The translations under genes and the position numbers were made by a program. Shown here one piece after another: positions 16,059 through 26,694 of a stretch of 64,000 nt of DNA. The stretch is taken from contig VBFG01000041.1 of assembly GCA_005882635.1 (NCBI GenBank), positions 18,529 through 82,528 on the forward strand. Direction: 5' to 3'. The stretch is from Chloroflexota bacterium (lineage in GTDB: Bacteria; Chloroflexota; Limnocylindria; Limnocylindrales; CSP1-4). How positions within the stretch are numbered: the stretch's first letter is position 1; every line of letters begins with the position of its first letter. Below the pieces are notes generated by a model. That model searched no databases. It was given only the letters and a program-made list of their open reading frames with translations, and had not been told where the DNA came from.

Positions 16059-16457
16059 ATGAACATCTCCGATCCGATCGCGGACATGCTGACCCGCGTG
16101 CGGAACGCCTCTCGGGCGCGCCACACCGAGGTGGTCGTGCCGGCGTCCCGGACCAAGCGCCAGATCGCCCGGATCCTCAAGGACGAGGGCTTCATCGACG
16201 ACGTCCGCGAAGAGCAGGACGGCCCGACGCTCGTCCTGCGCCTGACCCTCAAGTACGTCGACGGCAAGGTGCCGGTCGTGTCCGGGCTCAAGCGGATCAG
16301 CAAGCCCGGCCTGCGGGTCTACGCCCGCAAGACCGACATCCCGCGGGTGCTCGGCGGGCTGGGCATCGTCATCGTCAGCACGAGCCAGGGGATCATGACC
16401 GGCGCGCAGGCCCGCAAGGCCGAGCTCGGCGGCGAAGTCCTCGCGTTCGTCTGGTAG
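16059..16457 (+). CDS. rpsH: 30S ribosomal protein S8
   Basis: [17 protein letters not shown]... S8 N-terminus. Confidence 0.96.
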   Translation: MNISDPIADMLTRVRNASRARHTEVVVPASRTKRQIARILKDEGFIDDVREEQDGPTLVLRLTLKYVDGKVPVVSGLKRISKPGLRVYARKTDIPRVLGGLGIVIVSTSQGIMTGAQARKAELGGEVLAFVW

Positions 16458-16465
16458 GCGGCGAC

Positions 16466-17017
16466 ATGTCCCGGATCGGCCGCATGCCCATCGCCATCCC
16501 CTCGACCGTCGACGTGACGATCGAGGGGCGGCGGCTCACGGTCACGGGCCCGAAGGGGACCCTGAGCCGTGAGCTCCACCCCGACATGTCCGTCAGCCAG
16601 GAGGACGGCACGATCGTCGTCAGCCGGCCGACCGAGCAGAAGACCCATCGCCAGCTCCACGGGCTGACCAGGACGCTCGTCAACAACATGGTCGTCGGCG
16701 TCACCGACGGCTACCGCAAGGGACTCGAGATCACCGGCGTGGGCTATCGCGCCGCGAAGGTCGGCGAGAAGCTCCAGCTCAACCTGGGCTACAGCCACCC
16801 GATCGAGATCGACCCGCCGGCGGGGATCAGCTTCGAGCTCGAGAACCCGACCCGCCTCACGGTGGTCGGGATCGACAAGGAGCTCGTCGGCCAGATCGCC
16901 GCCCGCGTCCGGGCCACGCGCAAGCCGGAGCCCTACAAGGGCAAGGGCGTGCGCTATGCCGGGGAGCAGGTCCGCCGCAAGGCCGGCAAGGCCGGCAAGA
17001 TCGGCGGCAAGAAGTAA
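16466..17017 (+). CDS. rplF: 50S ribosomal protein L6
   Basis: [21 protein letters not shown]...; 183 aa. Confidence 0.95.
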   Translation: MSRIGRMPIAIPSTVDVTIEGRRLTVTGPKGTLSRELHPDMSVSQEDGTIVVSRPTEQKTHRQLHGLTRTLVNNMVVGVTDGYRKGLEITGVGYRAAKVGEKLQLNLGYSHPIEIDPPAGISFELENPTRLTVVGIDKELVGQIAARVRATRKPEPYKGKGVRYAGEQVRRKAGKAGKIGGKK

Positions 17018-17035
17018 CGGATTGAAGGAAGGACG

Positions 17036-17398
17036 ATGACGCAGGTCGCCAGCCGCGGCGCCGCACGACGCAAGCGCCACGACCGGATCCGCCTCCGCGT
17101 GGAGGGATCCGGGTCGCGGCCGCGCCTCGCGGTGTTCCGCAGCAACATCCACATCTACGCGCAGGTCATCGACGACGGCACGGGCAAGACGCTCGCGTCC
17201 GCGTCGACGGTCGAGAAGGAGCTCCGCGGCTCCAAGCAGACCAAGATCGAAGAGGCGGCGGTCATCGGCCGCCTGATCGCCGAGCGGGCCAGGACCGCCG
17301 GTGTCCAGCGCGTCGTCTTCGATCGAGCCGGGTTCCGGTACCACGGGCGGATCAAGTCGCTCGCCGATGCCGCCCGCGAAGCCGGTCTCGACTTCTGA
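17036..17398 (+). CDS. rplR: 50S ribosomal protein L18
   Basis: ...[18 protein letters not shown]... L18-like; operon position. Confidence 0.92.
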   Translation: MTQVASRGAARRKRHDRIRLRVEGSGSRPRLAVFRSNIHIYAQVIDDGTGKTLASASTVEKELRGSKQTKIEEAAVIGRLIAERARTAGVQRVVFDRAGFRYHGRIKSLADAAREAGLDF

Positions 17399-17413
17399 TC
17401 GTGAGGAGCTGAC

Positions 17414-17956
17414 GTGGCACGGATCGACCCCAACAAGCTCGCGCTCGAGGAGCGCGTCGTCCAGATCAACCGGGTGGCGAAGGTCGTCAAGGGCGGCCGC
17501 CGCTTCAGCTTCTCGGCGATCGTCGTCGTCGGCGATGGGGCCGGCTACGTCGGTGCCGGGCTCGGCAAGGCCGGCGAGGTGCCCGAGGCGATCCGCAAGG
17601 GCGTCGAGGACGCCAAGAAGAACCTGATCCGCATCCCGATGGTCGGGACGACGATCCCGCACGAGGTCCGCCAGGTCTACTCGGCATCGAGGGTCATGCT
17701 CAAGCCGGCCTCCCAGGGCACCGGGGTCATCGCCGGCGGCGCGGTCCGCGCGGTCGTCGAGGCGGCCGGCATCCGCGACATCCTGGCGAAGACGCACGGC
17801 TCGACCAACCCGGTCAACGTGACCCGGGCCACCGTCGAGGCGCTCCGCGCGCTCCATTCCGCGGAGGAGCTCAGCGCCCGCCGCGGCGTGCGCCTGACGA
17901 GCCGGATCTCCGGCCAGCCGGCGCCGACTGCGATGGAGGCCGCCGATGGCCGGTAG
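17414..17956 (+). CDS. rpsE: 30S ribosomal protein S5
   Basis: ...[28 protein letters not shown]... S5 signature. Confidence 0.95.
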   Translation: MARIDPNKLALEERVVQINRVAKVVKGGRRFSFSAIVVVGDGAGYVGAGLGKAGEVPEAIRKGVEDAKKNLIRIPMVGTTIPHEVRQVYSASRVMLKPASQGTGVIAGGAVRAVVEAAGIRDILAKTHGSTNPVNVTRATVEALRALHSAEELSARRGVRLTSRISGQPAPTAMEAADGR

Positions 17957-18167
17957 GCTCCGGGTGACCCAGACGAAGAGCACGATCAGCCATATCGCCC
18001 GCAACCGGGCGACGGTCCGCGCCCTCGGGCTGAAGCGGATCGGGCACACGGTCGAGATCCCCGATAACCCCGCGACCCGCGGCATGGTCCGCCAGGTCCG
18101 CTTCCTCGTCTCGGTCGAGGAGGTGGCCGACGGCGCGCCGTCGGCGGCGGAGGAAGGCAAGGCATGA
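17946..18167 (+). CDS. rpmD: 50S ribosomal protein L30
   Basis: ...[33 protein letters not shown]...; overlaps rpsE end. Confidence 0.9.
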   Translation: MAGRLRVTQTKSTISHIARNRATVRALGLKRIGHTVEIPDNPATRGMVRQVRFLVSVEEVADGAPSAAEEGKA

Positions 18168-19015
18168 AGCTCCACGAGCTGCGCCCGGCAGACGGCGCGC
18201 ACACGGCCCGCACCCGCGTCGGGCGCGGCATCGCCGCCGGCAAGGGCAAGACCGCCGGTCGCGGGACGAAGGGCCAGAAGGCGCGCGCCGGCGGCTCGAT
18301 CCCGCCGTGGTTCGAGGGTGGTCAGACGCCGCTCCACATGCGGATTCCGAAGCTCCGCGGCTTCCGGAACCGCGGCAAGGTCGATTACGAGATCGTCAAC
18401 GTCGGCGACATCGCAGCGCGCGTCGACTCCGGGGCGTTCGGGTCGGCCGGCACGCCGCCTCGGAAGGGCGAGCCGATGACGATCAACGCCGACGTCCTGC
18501 GGGCCGTCGGGCTGGTCCGCGACGTGCGGAAGCCGCTCAAGGTCCTCGGCGGCGGCGAGCTGTCGACCGCGCTCTTCGTCGTCGCCGATGCGTTCACGAA
18601 GTCGGCAACTGCGAAGATCCAGGCCGCCGGCGGCTCGGTCAACGTCCTCGAGGTCCCGACCGAATCGCGGCCGGCCATCGGTGTCGGCGAGGCAGTGGCC
18701 GAAACGTCACGGGCGGCGGAGGCACCATCCTCCGAGACGCCGGCCGCCGAGGCGGCGGCCACGGCCGAGCCCGTCACGGAGCGGGCGCCGAGGGCGAGGC
18801 CAGGAGCAGCCGAGCCGGTGGCCGACGACGTCGACGAATCGGCGACCGCCGAGTCCGCTGCGGCAGAGGCGTCGACCGCGAAGCCGCCCAGGCAGGCGAA
18901 GGCACCACGCGCCCCGAAGGCGCCCGCGGCGGCCGCGGACGACCAGGCCGGGCCGCCGGCCGAGGGCGAGGCGTCCTCGGAACCCGATCCCGCCATCCCC
19001 GCCGACGACGCGTAG
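18164..19015 (+). CDS. rplO: 50S ribosomal protein L15 with ~130-aa Ala/Pro/Glu-rich C-terminal tail
   Basis: [38 protein letters not shown]... L15 core about 150 aa, then low-complexity tail to 283 aa. Confidence 0.9.
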   Translation: MKLHELRPADGAHTARTRVGRGIAAGKGKTAGRGTKGQKARAGGSIPPWFEGGQTPLHMRIPKLRGFRNRGKVDYEIVNVGDIAARVDSGAFGSAGTPPRKGEPMTINADVLRAVGLVRDVRKPLKVLGGGELSTALFVVADAFTKSATAKIQAAGGSVNVLEVPTESRPAIGVGEAVAETSRAAEAPSSETPAAEAAATAEPVTERAPRARPGAAEPVADDVDESATAESAAAEASTAKPPRQAKAPRAPKAPAAAADDQAGPPAEGEASSEPDPAIPADDA

Positions 19016-19021
19016 CGTTCC

Positions 19022-20302
19022 GTGTTCGACTCCCTGCTGAACGCCTTCCGCGCGCCGGACATCCGTCGTCGGCTCCTCTACGTCCTGGGGATCCTGATCG
19101 TCTTCCGGTTCCTGGCCCACGTGCCGGTCCCGGGCGTCAACCAGGAGCAGCTCCACCAGTACCTCCAGAACAACGCCCTGTTCGGCGTCCTGGACCTGCT
19201 GTCCGGCGGGGGCCTGTCGAGCTTCTCCGTGGTGGCGCTCGGCGTGAACCCGTACATCAACGCCTCGATCATCATGCAGCTGATGACGGGCGTGATCCCG
19301 TCGCTCCAGGCCCTCCAGCGCGAAGGCGAGTACGGCCGGAACAAGATCAACCAGTACACCCGCTACCTCGCCGTGCCGATGGCGCTGCTCCAGTCGTACG
19401 GGTTCCTCGCTCTGCTCAACTCGCAGGGGGTCCTCTCCAGCGGGTTCGACCTGGCGAACTTCTACACGATCACGCAGATCATCACCCTGACCGCCGGATC
19501 GCTGACGCTGATGTGGCTCGGTGAGCTCATCACCGAGAAGGGCATCGGCAACGGGATCAGCTTCGTGATCTTCGCCGGGATCGTGAGCCGCGCTCCGACC
19601 GCGATCGGCTCGTTCCTCACGACCCCGAACGTGCCGCTCGTCGTCGGGTTCGTGATCATCGCGATCGTGTCGGTCGCGGTGATCATCGCGATCCAGGAGG
19701 GCCAGCGGCGGATCCCGATCCAGTACGCCAGCCGCGTCCGCGGCCGGCGGATGTACCAGGGTGGCCAGACGTTCCTGCCGCTCCGCGTCAACCAGGCGGG
19801 CGTCATCCCGATCATCTTCGCGATCAGCATCCTGTTGTTCCCCCAGCAGATCGCCTCGTACTTCACGAGCTCGGAGGTGACCTGGGTCGCGTCGATCGCC
19901 CGCGGAATCGTCGACTTCTTCAACCCGCGGACCGTGCCGTACGTGCTCCTGTACTTCCTGCTGACCGTGGGGTTCACCTACTTCTACACGGCCTTCACGT
20001 TCAAGCCCGATGACACGTCCGAGCAGCTCCGCAAGAACGGCGGGTTCATCCCCGGGATCCGGCCCGGCCGGCCGACGGCGGACTATCTCGCCCGCGTCGT
20101 CACCCGGATCACGATCGCCGGCGCGCTCTTCCTTGGCATCGTGGCGACGCTGCCGACGCTCCTCGGCCTGGCCGTGCCCGGACTGTCGGGGATCGCGCTC
20201 GGCGGCACCGGCCTCCTGATCGTGGTCAGCGTCATCGTCGAGACGATGAAGCAGATCGAGGCGCAGCTCCTCATGCGCAATTACGAAGGATTCATTCGCT
20301 AG
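19022..20302 (+). CDS. secY: preprotein translocase subunit SecY
   Basis: 426 aa multi-TM protein, ...INQAGVIPIIFA... SecY motifs; after rplO. Confidence 0.95.
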   Translation: MFDSLLNAFRAPDIRRRLLYVLGILIVFRFLAHVPVPGVNQEQLHQYLQNNALFGVLDLLSGGGLSSFSVVALGVNPYINASIIMQLMTGVIPSLQALQREGEYGRNKINQYTRYLAVPMALLQSYGFLALLNSQGVLSSGFDLANFYTITQIITLTAGSLTLMWLGELITEKGIGNGISFVIFAGIVSRAPTAIGSFLTTPNVPLVVGFVIIAIVSVAVIIAIQEGQRRIPIQYASRVRGRRMYQGGQTFLPLRVNQAGVIPIIFAISILLFPQQIASYFTSSEVTWVASIARGIVDFFNPRTVPYVLLYFLLTVGFTYFYTAFTFKPDDTSEQLRKNGGFIPGIRPGRPTADYLARVVTRITIAGALFLGIVATLPTLLGLAVPGLSGIALGGTGLLIVVSVIVETMKQIEAQLLMRNYEGFIR

Positions 20303-20313
20303 GGCGAGCGCCG

Positions 20314-21000
20314 ATGACCGTGGTGGTATTGCTCGGTGCTCCCGGTTCGGGCAAGGGGACGCAGGCTCCGATCGTCGCCCGACACCTGGGCGTGCCGATC
20401 CTCGCGTCCGGTGACCTGCTTCGGGCCGCCGTCTCCGCCGGTACCCAGCTCGGCCGGGACGCCGATCGCTTCATGAGCCGCGGCCAGCTCGTCCCCGACG
20501 AGACGATCGTCCGCGTCTTCCTCGATCGGCTCGAGCGGGCCGACGCGCGCGGCGGGGCGGTCCTCGACGGGTTCCCGCGGACGCGCGTCCAGGCCGAGGC
20601 GCTCGATCGCGATCTCACCGCCGCGGGCCGCCGCGTCGAGCGCTCGATCTACATCGACGTGCCAACCGAGGATCTGATCAGCCGGATGGCGAACCGTCGG
20701 ATCTGCACGGCGAACGGTCATGTCTACAACCTCGCCTCGAACCCACCCCTCCGGTCCGGCGTGTGCGACATCGACGGATCCGAGATCATCCAGCGACCCG
20801 ACGACCAGGAGGCGACCGTCCGGGCCCGGATGACCGAGCAGATCCCGCCGCTCCTCGAGGTCGTCGACCACTACCGCCGCGCCGGCAACCTGCGCACCGT
20901 CGACGGGCGCGATCCGATCGACGTCGTCAGCGGCGGCGTCATCGCGGCGCTCGAGGGGCTCCCGTCGGACTCGTCGTCCGGCGTCGGGCGGGTCGGCTGA
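20314..21000 (+). CDS. adk: adenylate kinase (lid with C..N...C..D instead of Cys4)
   Basis: P-loop GAPGSGKGTQA; LID RRICTANGHVYN...SGVCDIDG. Confidence 0.95.
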   Translation: MTVVVLLGAPGSGKGTQAPIVARHLGVPILASGDLLRAAVSAGTQLGRDADRFMSRGQLVPDETIVRVFLDRLERADARGGAVLDGFPRTRVQAEALDRDLTAAGRRVERSIYIDVPTEDLISRMANRRICTANGHVYNLASNPPLRSGVCDIDGSEIIQRPDDQEATVRARMTEQIPPLLEVVDHYRRAGNLRTVDGRDPIDVVSGGVIAALEGLPSDSSSGVGRVG

Positions 21001-21761
21001 TGGTCACCCGCAAGTCCCGCCGCGAGATCGAGAAGATGCGCGTCGCCGGCCGGATCGTCGCCGAGGTCCTCGCGCTCGTCGAGTCCGAGCTCCGGCCCGG
21101 CGTGACGACCGGGCATCTCGATCGGCTCGCGGAGCGCCACATCCGCTCGTCCGGGGCGGTGCCGTCGTTCAAGGGATACGGTCACCGTAGCAACCCGTTC
21201 CCGGCCAGCCTGTGCGTCTCGATCGACGACGAGGTCGTCCACGGGATCCCCGGCGACCGAGCGATCAAGCCGGGCCAGATCGTGTCGATCGACGCCGGCG
21301 CCATCTACGACGGGTGGCACGGCGACGCCGCGCGGACGTTCGTCGTCGGCGAGCCCCGCCCGGACGTCGCCAAGCTGATCGACACGACCCGCCTCGCGAT
21401 GATGGCCGGGATCGCCGCCGCCCTGCCGGGCGCGAACCTGGGCGACATCTCGGCCGCGATCGAGGACACCGCGGCGCCGGGTGGATACGGTATCGTCCGC
21501 CAGTTCGTCGGCCATGGGATCGGGACCGAGATGCACCAGGAGCCGCAGGTCCCGAACTACCGGACGGGCGTCCGCGGGTTGAAGCTCGCCCCGGGGATCT
21601 GCCTGGCGATCGAGCCGATGCTGACCCTCGGCAGCGGCGACGTCGAGGTCCGGTCCGACGGCTGGACGGTCGCGACGCTGGACGGGTCGCTGGCGGCCCA
21701 TTTCGAGCACACGATCGCGGTCACCGACAACGGCCCCGAAATCCTGACGACGGTCGCGTGA
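21000..21761 (+). CDS. map: methionine aminopeptidase type I
   Basis: ATG 21000 overlapping adk TGA (ATGA); MVTRKSRREIEKMRVAGRIVAEV...; the ORF-track start 20763 is an upstream extension through adk. Confidence 0.92.
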   Translation: MVTRKSRREIEKMRVAGRIVAEVLALVESELRPGVTTGHLDRLAERHIRSSGAVPSFKGYGHRSNPFPASLCVSIDDEVVHGIPGDRAIKPGQIVSIDAGAIYDGWHGDAARTFVVGEPRPDVAKLIDTTRLAMMAGIAAALPGANLGDISAAIEDTAAPGGYGIVRQFVGHGIGTEMHQEPQVPNYRTGVRGLKLAPGICLAIEPMLTLGSGDVEVRSDGWTVATLDGSLAAHFEHTIAVTDNGPEILTTVA

Positions 21762-21868
21762 TGGCGAACGCGCGTTTGATCGAGGGCCGCGTCTTTGATA
21801 CGCTACGCGTTCGTGTGTCGGTCCGTCCGGACCGACACTCATCGTGAGAAAGGGAAGCACAGGCGCCC

Positions 21869-22087
21869 GTGGCCAAGCGAGATGCGATCGAAGTGGAAGG
21901 AACGGTGATCGAGCCGCTTCCCAACACGATGTTCGCAGTCGAGCTGGAGAACGGCCATCGCGTCCTGGCTCACATCAGCGGCAAGCTTCGGATGAATTTC
22001 ATCCGGATCCTGCCGGGAGACCGCGTCCGGGTCGAGCTATCGCCCTACGACCTCACCCGCGGTCGGATCACCTACCGCCTGAAGTAA
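21869..22087 (+). CDS. infA: translation initiation factor IF-1
   Basis: 72 aa, [52 protein letters not shown]...; GTG start. Confidence 0.96.
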   Translation: MAKRDAIEVEGTVIEPLPNTMFAVELENGHRVLAHISGKLRMNFIRILPGDRVRVELSPYDLTRGRITYRLK

Positions 22088-22130
22088 CCCGACCGGACGC
22101 CGGTCGGCACGAGCACGAGTCGAGGAAGCG

Positions 22131-22244
22131 TTGAAAGTCAGGGCCTCCGTCAAGGCGCGCTGCGACAACTGCAAGGTCATTCGTCGCCACGGCACCGTGA
22201 TGGTCATCTGCACCAATCCCAAGCACAAGCAGCGGCAGGGCTGA
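22131..22244 (+). CDS. rpmJ: 50S ribosomal protein L36 (37 aa, zinc-ribbon type); absent from supplied ORF track
   Basis: TTG start after GAGGAAG; translation [37 protein letters not shown]; sits between infA and rpsM as usual. Confidence 0.88.
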   Translation: MKVRASVKARCDNCKVIRRHGTVMVICTNPKHKQRQG

Positions 22245-22247
22245 GCG

Positions 22248-22619
22248 ATGGCCCGCATTGCCGGTGTCGACATCCCGCGCGAGAAGCGGGTCGAGGTCGC
22301 CCTGACCTACATCTTCGGGATCGGCCTGCCGACCGCCCAGAAGATCCTCACCCAGACCAACGTCAACCCGGACACGCGGGTGCGCGACCTGACCGAGGAG
22401 CAGGTCAACCGGCTGCGCGAGCTGATCGACCGTCGCTACAAGGTCGAAGGCGACCTCCGCCGTGAGGTCGCCCTCAACATCAAGCGGCTCATCGAGATCG
22501 GCTCGTACCGCGGGATGCGTCACCGCCGCAACCTGCCCGTCCGCGGCCAACGAACCAAGACGAACGCCCGGCAGCGGCGCGGACCGAAGAAGACGGTCGG
22601 CGTTCGCCGGAAGAAGTAA
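22248..22619 (+). CDS. rpsM: 30S ribosomal protein S13
   Basis: [26 protein letters not shown]... Confidence 0.96.
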   Translation: MARIAGVDIPREKRVEVALTYIFGIGLPTAQKILTQTNVNPDTRVRDLTEEQVNRLRELIDRRYKVEGDLRREVALNIKRLIEIGSYRGMRHRRNLPVRGQRTKTNARQRRGPKKTVGVRRKK

Positions 22620-22640
22620 CCCGAGGGACACAGAGAGCAC

Positions 22641-23036
22641 ATGGCCGAACGCAAACGGGCGGTGAAGCAGCGCCGCCGCGAACGGAAGAACGTCCCCCAG
22701 GGGCACGTCCACATCCAGGCGACGTTCAACAACACGATCATCACGATCACCGACCTCGGTGGCGCCGTGATCAGCTGGGGCTCGGCCGGGGTGGCCGGCT
22801 TCAAGGGATCGCGGAAGAGCACGCCCTACGCCGCGGCGCTGTCGGCCGATGGCGCGGCCCGTCGCGCGATGGAGCACGGCATGCGCCAGGTCGAGGTCTA
22901 CGTGAAGGGACCGGGGGCCGGTCGCGAGCAGGCGATCCGGTCGCTCCAGGCCGCCGGCCTCGAGGTCACCGCCATCACCGACGTCACGCCCATCCCCCAC
23001 AACGGCTGCCGCGCCCCCAAGCGGCGCCGGGTCTGA
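22641..23036 (+). CDS. rpsK: 30S ribosomal protein S11
   Basis: ...[30 protein letters not shown]... Confidence 0.96.
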   Translation: MAERKRAVKQRRRERKNVPQGHVHIQATFNNTIITITDLGGAVISWGSAGVAGFKGSRKSTPYAAALSADGAARRAMEHGMRQVEVYVKGPGAGREQAIRSLQAAGLEVTAITDVTPIPHNGCRAPKRRRV

Positions 23037-23047
23037 GGGGAGAGGAC

Positions 23048-23674
23048 ATGGCCCGCTACACCGGATCTGTCTGCCGCCTCTGCCGCCGGGAGGGCGCCAA
23101 GCTCTTCCTGAAGGGCAGCCGCTGCTACACCAAGAAATGCGCCTTCGAGCGCCGTCCGACGCCGCCCGGCCAGCACGGCGTCCGCCGCCGCAAGGTCGGC
23201 GACTTCGGCCTCCAGCTGCGCGAGAAGCAGAAGGTCCGCCGCGTCTACGGCGTCCTGGAGCGGCAGTTCCGCGGCTACTTCGACATCGCCGAGCAGCGCC
23301 CCGGCGTCACCGGCGAGAGCCTCCTCCGCTACCTGGAGCTCCGCCTCGACAACGTCGTCTACCGGCTCGGTTTCGCCAGCTCGCGGGCCCAGGCTCGCCA
23401 GCTCGTCGGCCACGGCCACTTCGCTGTCAACGGCGTTCCGACGAACATCCCGTCCTTCCAGCTCAAGCCCGGTGACCGGGTCGAGGTCCGCGACAGCCGC
23501 CGGCCGCGCGAGCCGTTCAAGCTGGCGAAGGAGACGCTCCGCTCCCATCAGCCGCCGGAGTGGCTGTCCCTCGACGCCGCGAAGCTGTCGGGGGCGGTCG
23601 CCGAGCTGCCCCGCCGCGACCAGATGCCGCTCGACCTCAACGAGCAGCTCGTGGTCGAGTACTACTCGAGGTAA
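23048..23674 (+). CDS. rpsD: 30S ribosomal protein S4 (N-terminal Cys4 zinc finger)
   Basis: [31 protein letters not shown]... Confidence 0.96.
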   Translation: MARYTGSVCRLCRREGAKLFLKGSRCYTKKCAFERRPTPPGQHGVRRRKVGDFGLQLREKQKVRRVYGVLERQFRGYFDIAEQRPGVTGESLLRYLELRLDNVVYRLGFASSRAQARQLVGHGHFAVNGVPTNIPSFQLKPGDRVEVRDSRRPREPFKLAKETLRSHQPPEWLSLDAAKLSGAVAELPRRDQMPLDLNEQLVVEYYSR

Positions 23675-23683
23675 GCCGCCCAC

Positions 23684-24676
23684 ATGATCGAACTCGAGAA
23701 CCCGCAGATCGAGCCCGTCGAGGAAGTCGGGACGTACGCCAAGTACGAGGCCGGCCCCCTCCAGGCCGGTTATGGGGTCACGCTCGGCAACGCCCTCCGG
23801 CGGGTCCTGCTGTCGTCGCTGGAGGGGGCGGCGGTCACGAGCATCCAGATCCGCGACGTCTACCAGGAGTTCTCGACGATCCCCGGCGTCAAGGAGGACG
23901 TCACCCAGATCGTCCTGAACGTCAAAAAGCTTCGCCTCAAGAGCTTCGCGACCCACCCGGTCCAGCTCCGCCTGATCAAGAGCGGGGCCGGCCAGGTGAC
24001 CGCGGCGGACATTGCCGAATCGGCCGACGTCGAGATCATCAACCCGGAGCTCGTCCTGATGACGCTCGATACCGACGACGTCACGATCGAGATGGACCTG
24101 ACCGTCGAGCGCGGCGTCGGCTACCTCGGTGCCGAGCGCACGGAGCAACTGCCGATCGGCGTCATCGCGATCGACGCGATCTTCACCCCGGTCCGGAAGG
24201 TCAACTACTGGGTCGAGAGCATGCGGGTCGGCCAGATGACCAACTACGACAAGCTCACGATCGAGATCGAGACCGACGGGACGATCACGCCCGAGGAGGC
24301 CCTCAGCCGCTCGGCGGAGATCCTCGTCAACCAGTTCCGGCCGTTCGTGACGATCGGCGTCGCCGCCGCGGTCGGCGAGCAGGCCGTGACCGGGATGGCC
24401 CAGCTGCCCCCGAACATGCTCGACATGCCGATCGAGGAGCTCGACCTCCCGATGCGGGCCTACAACTCGCTGAAGCGGAACAACATCGTCAAGGTCGGCC
24501 AGCTGCTCCAGCTCAAGGACGACGACCTCCTGCGGATGCGCAACTTCGGCAAGAAGTCGCTCGACGAGATGAAGGAGCGCCTCCGGATGCGCGGCTTCAT
24601 CGTCCCCGACACCGAGTCCGATGGGCTCGAGGACGGCGCGTTCGAGGACGAGCCCGAGGACGAGGGCGAGGCCTGA
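23684..24676 (+). CDS. rpoA: DNA-directed RNA polymerase subunit alpha
   Basis: 330 aa; the alpha-CTD is recognisable in the C-terminal part; standard position after rpsD. Confidence 0.95.
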   Translation: MIELENPQIEPVEEVGTYAKYEAGPLQAGYGVTLGNALRRVLLSSLEGAAVTSIQIRDVYQEFSTIPGVKEDVTQIVLNVKKLRLKSFATHPVQLRLIKSGAGQVTAADIAESADVEIINPELVLMTLDTDDVTIEMDLTVERGVGYLGAERTEQLPIGVIAIDAIFTPVRKVNYWVESMRVGQMTNYDKLTIEIETDGTITPEEALSRSAEILVNQFRPFVTIGVAAAVGEQAVTGMAQLPPNMLDMPIEELDLPMRAYNSLKRNNIVKVGQLLQLKDDDLLRMRNFGKKSLDEMKERLRMRGFIVPDTESDGLEDGAFEDEPEDEGEA

Positions 24677-24677
24677 G

Positions 24678-25031
24678 GTGGCTCACCGGATCGGCGGGCG
24701 CAAGCTCAGCCGGAAGCAGGGACCGCGTCTGGCGCTGTTCAAGAACCTGACCGTGTCCGTGCTCCGGTACGAGCGCGTCCAGACGACCGAGGCGAAGGCG
24801 AAGGAGGTCCAGGGCCGCGTCGAGCGGATGATCACCCTGGCCAAGCGCGGCGACCTGACGGCACGCCGGGCGGTCGTCGCAGCCTTCCCGAACGAGCCGC
24901 TTGTCGTCACGAAGCTGTTCGATGAGATCGCCCCGAAATACTCCGATCGCGCGTCCGGCTACACCCGGATCGTGAAGATCGGCGCCCGCAAGGGCGACGC
25001 CGCCCCCATCGTCCAGCTGGAACTGGTCTAG
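24678..25031 (+). CDS. rplQ: 50S ribosomal protein L17
   Basis: GTG 24678 (VAHRIGGRKLSRKQGPRLALFKNL...) 1 nt after rpoA stop; the ORF-track start 24621 overlaps rpoA. Confidence 0.9.
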   Translation: MAHRIGGRKLSRKQGPRLALFKNLTVSVLRYERVQTTEAKAKEVQGRVERMITLAKRGDLTARRAVVAAFPNEPLVVTKLFDEIAPKYSDRASGYTRIVKIGARKGDAAPIVQLELV

Positions 25032-25049
25032 CTGAGCCCACGATCAGGT

Positions 25050-25847
25050 GGGCGAGAGCCCACCGCGGTCCGCTACCGCGCGACCGTTGAATACGACGGA
25101 ACGGACTTTGCCGGCTTCCAGGTCCAACGGCCTGGCGTCCGGACGGTCCAGGGAGAGCTCGAGGCCGCGCTCGCCCGCCTCAGCGATGGGGTGCGGCGAC
25201 CGGTCGACGGGGCCGGCCGAACCGATGCCGGCGTCCACGCCGCGGGGCAGGTGATCGCCTTCACCTACGCCGGCCGGCTGGATGCTCCGGCGCTCGAGTC
25301 GGCCCTCAACGGCCAGCTCCCGCCGGACATCGCCGTCCGCGGCGTCCGACGGGTGCCCCGGGAGTTCCACCCTCGTCATGCGGCGCGGTACCGGGAGTAC
25401 CGCTACACCGTCTGGAACGGGCCGCGCAGCCCGCTTCGCGAGCGCCATGCGCTCGGGGTGCGGGTCCCGCTCGACGTTGCCGCGATGGAGCGAGCCGGGC
25501 AGGCCTTGATCGGCCAGCACGACTTCAGCGCCTTCGGGGCGGTCGTCGAGGACCGCTCGCCGGTCCGAACCGTTCACGCGGTTCGCGTCCGGAGGCGGGG
25601 GTCGACCGTGACGATCGACGTCCGGGCCGACGCCTTCCTCCGGGGCATGGTCCGGCGAATCGTGGCCGTCCTCCTGGAGGTCGGCCGCGGGACGATGACG
25701 GAGCGACAGGTCCGCGAGGCGCTCGCCGCGCGGACACCGGCCCGGAACGGGGCGATGGCCCCGGCCAACGGGCTATCGCTCCGACGAGTCGCGATCGGGC
25801 GATCGAGCAACGGAACGAGAGCAACGGAGACGACGCGAGAAGCATGA
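25050..25847 (+). CDS. truA: tRNA pseudouridine(38-40) synthase TruA; 5' end unresolved (no canonical in-frame start codon)
   Basis: Frame opens right after the rplQ TAG; conserved N-terminus ...VRYRATVEYDGTDFAGFQVQ...GRTDAGVHAAGQV is in frame with the ORF-track fragment (25191 start) but upstream in-frame codons contain no ATG/GTG/TTG. Confidence 0.8.
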   Translation, partial: GREPTAVRYRATVEYDGTDFAGFQVQRPGVRTVQGELEAALARLSDGVRRPVDGAGRTDAGVHAAGQVIAFTYAGRLDAPALESALNGQLPPDIAVRGVRRVPREFHPRHAARYREYRYTVWNGPRSPLRERHALGVRVPLDVAAMERAGQALIGQHDFSAFGAVVEDRSPVRTVHAVRVRRRGSTVTIDVRADAFLRGMVRRIVAVLLEVGRGTMTERQVREALAARTPARNGAMAPANGLSLRRVAIGRSSNGTRATETTREA

Positions 25848-26275
25848 GCACGAAGACCTACGCGGTTCGCGAGAGCGAGATCGAGCGGCGCTGGTACGTC
25901 GTGGATGCGGCGGACCAGACGCTCGGACGTCTCGCGTCGCGCGTTGCGCGCGTGCTCGAGGGCAAGCACAAGCCGACCTGGACGCCGAACCTCGACTCCG
26001 GCGACCACGTGATCATCCTGAACGCGGCCCGGATCGCCGTGACAAGCGACAAGAAGGAATCGAAGCTGTACATCCGGCATAGCGGCCATCCGCAGGGCCT
26101 GAAGCAGGAGACCCTCGGTCATCTCCTGGAGCGTCGGCCCGAGGAAGTCATCCGCCGCGCCGTGAAGGGGATGCTGCCGCGAACCCGTCTCGGGGTCCAG
26201 CAGCTCCGAAAGCTCAAGGTCTACGCCGGTACCGACCATCCGCATCAGGCCCAGCGGCCTGAGCCGCTCGCCTGA
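25844..26275 (+). CDS. rplM: 50S ribosomal protein L13
   Basis: [46 protein letters not shown]...; ATGA overlap with truA. Confidence 0.95.
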   Translation: MSTKTYAVRESEIERRWYVVDAADQTLGRLASRVARVLEGKHKPTWTPNLDSGDHVIILNAARIAVTSDKKESKLYIRHSGHPQGLKQETLGHLLERRPEEVIRRAVKGMLPRTRLGVQQLRKLKVYAGTDHPHQAQRPEPLA

Positions 26276-26288
26276 CGAGGAGCCATCG

Positions 26289-26687
26289 ATGACCACTCCC
26301 GCCTTCTTCTCCGGGACCGGGCGCCGCAAGACGGCGATCGCCCGCGTCCGCCTCCTGCCCGGCGAGGGCGAGATCGTCGTGAACGGTCGGACGCTCGAGG
26401 AGCACTTCGGCAACGCCGTCAACGACGCCGACGTCCGGATGCCGTTCCGGGTCACCGGCACCGAGGGCCATTTCAACGCGATGATCAAGGTCGAGGGTGG
26501 CGGCGTCACCGGCCAGGCCGGCGCGATCCGCCACGGGATCGCCCGCGCCCTCCTCGAGGTCGACGCCGACGCGAATCGTCTGCCGCTCCGCCAGGCCGGC
26601 CTCCTGACGCGTGATCCGCGGATGAAGGAGCGCAAGAAGTACGGGTTGAAGCGAGCCCGGAAGGCGCCTCAGTACACGAAGCGGTAG
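26289..26687 (+). CDS. rpsI: 30S ribosomal protein S9
   Basis: ...[14 protein letters not shown]... ends ...[17 protein letters not shown]. Confidence 0.96.
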   Translation: MTTPAFFSGTGRRKTAIARVRLLPGEGEIVVNGRTLEEHFGNAVNDADVRMPFRVTGTEGHFNAMIKVEGGGVTGQAGAIRHGIARALLEVDADANRLPLRQAGLLTRDPRMKERKKYGLKRARKAPQYTKR

Positions 26688-26694
26688 ACCGCCG

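Noticed and set aside
20600-20760. Adenylate kinase lid lacking the full Cys4 zinc site (C-x3-N ... C-x2-D)
   Set aside because: A known natural variation of Adk lids; not considered remarkable.
21762-21868. Promoter-like TTGATC/TTGATA motifs between map and infA
   Set aside because: No convincing -10 at correct spacing; infA is more likely co-transcribed with map.
25044-25577. 177-aa minus-strand ORF
   Set aside because: Lies entirely inside truA on the opposite strand; no motifs.
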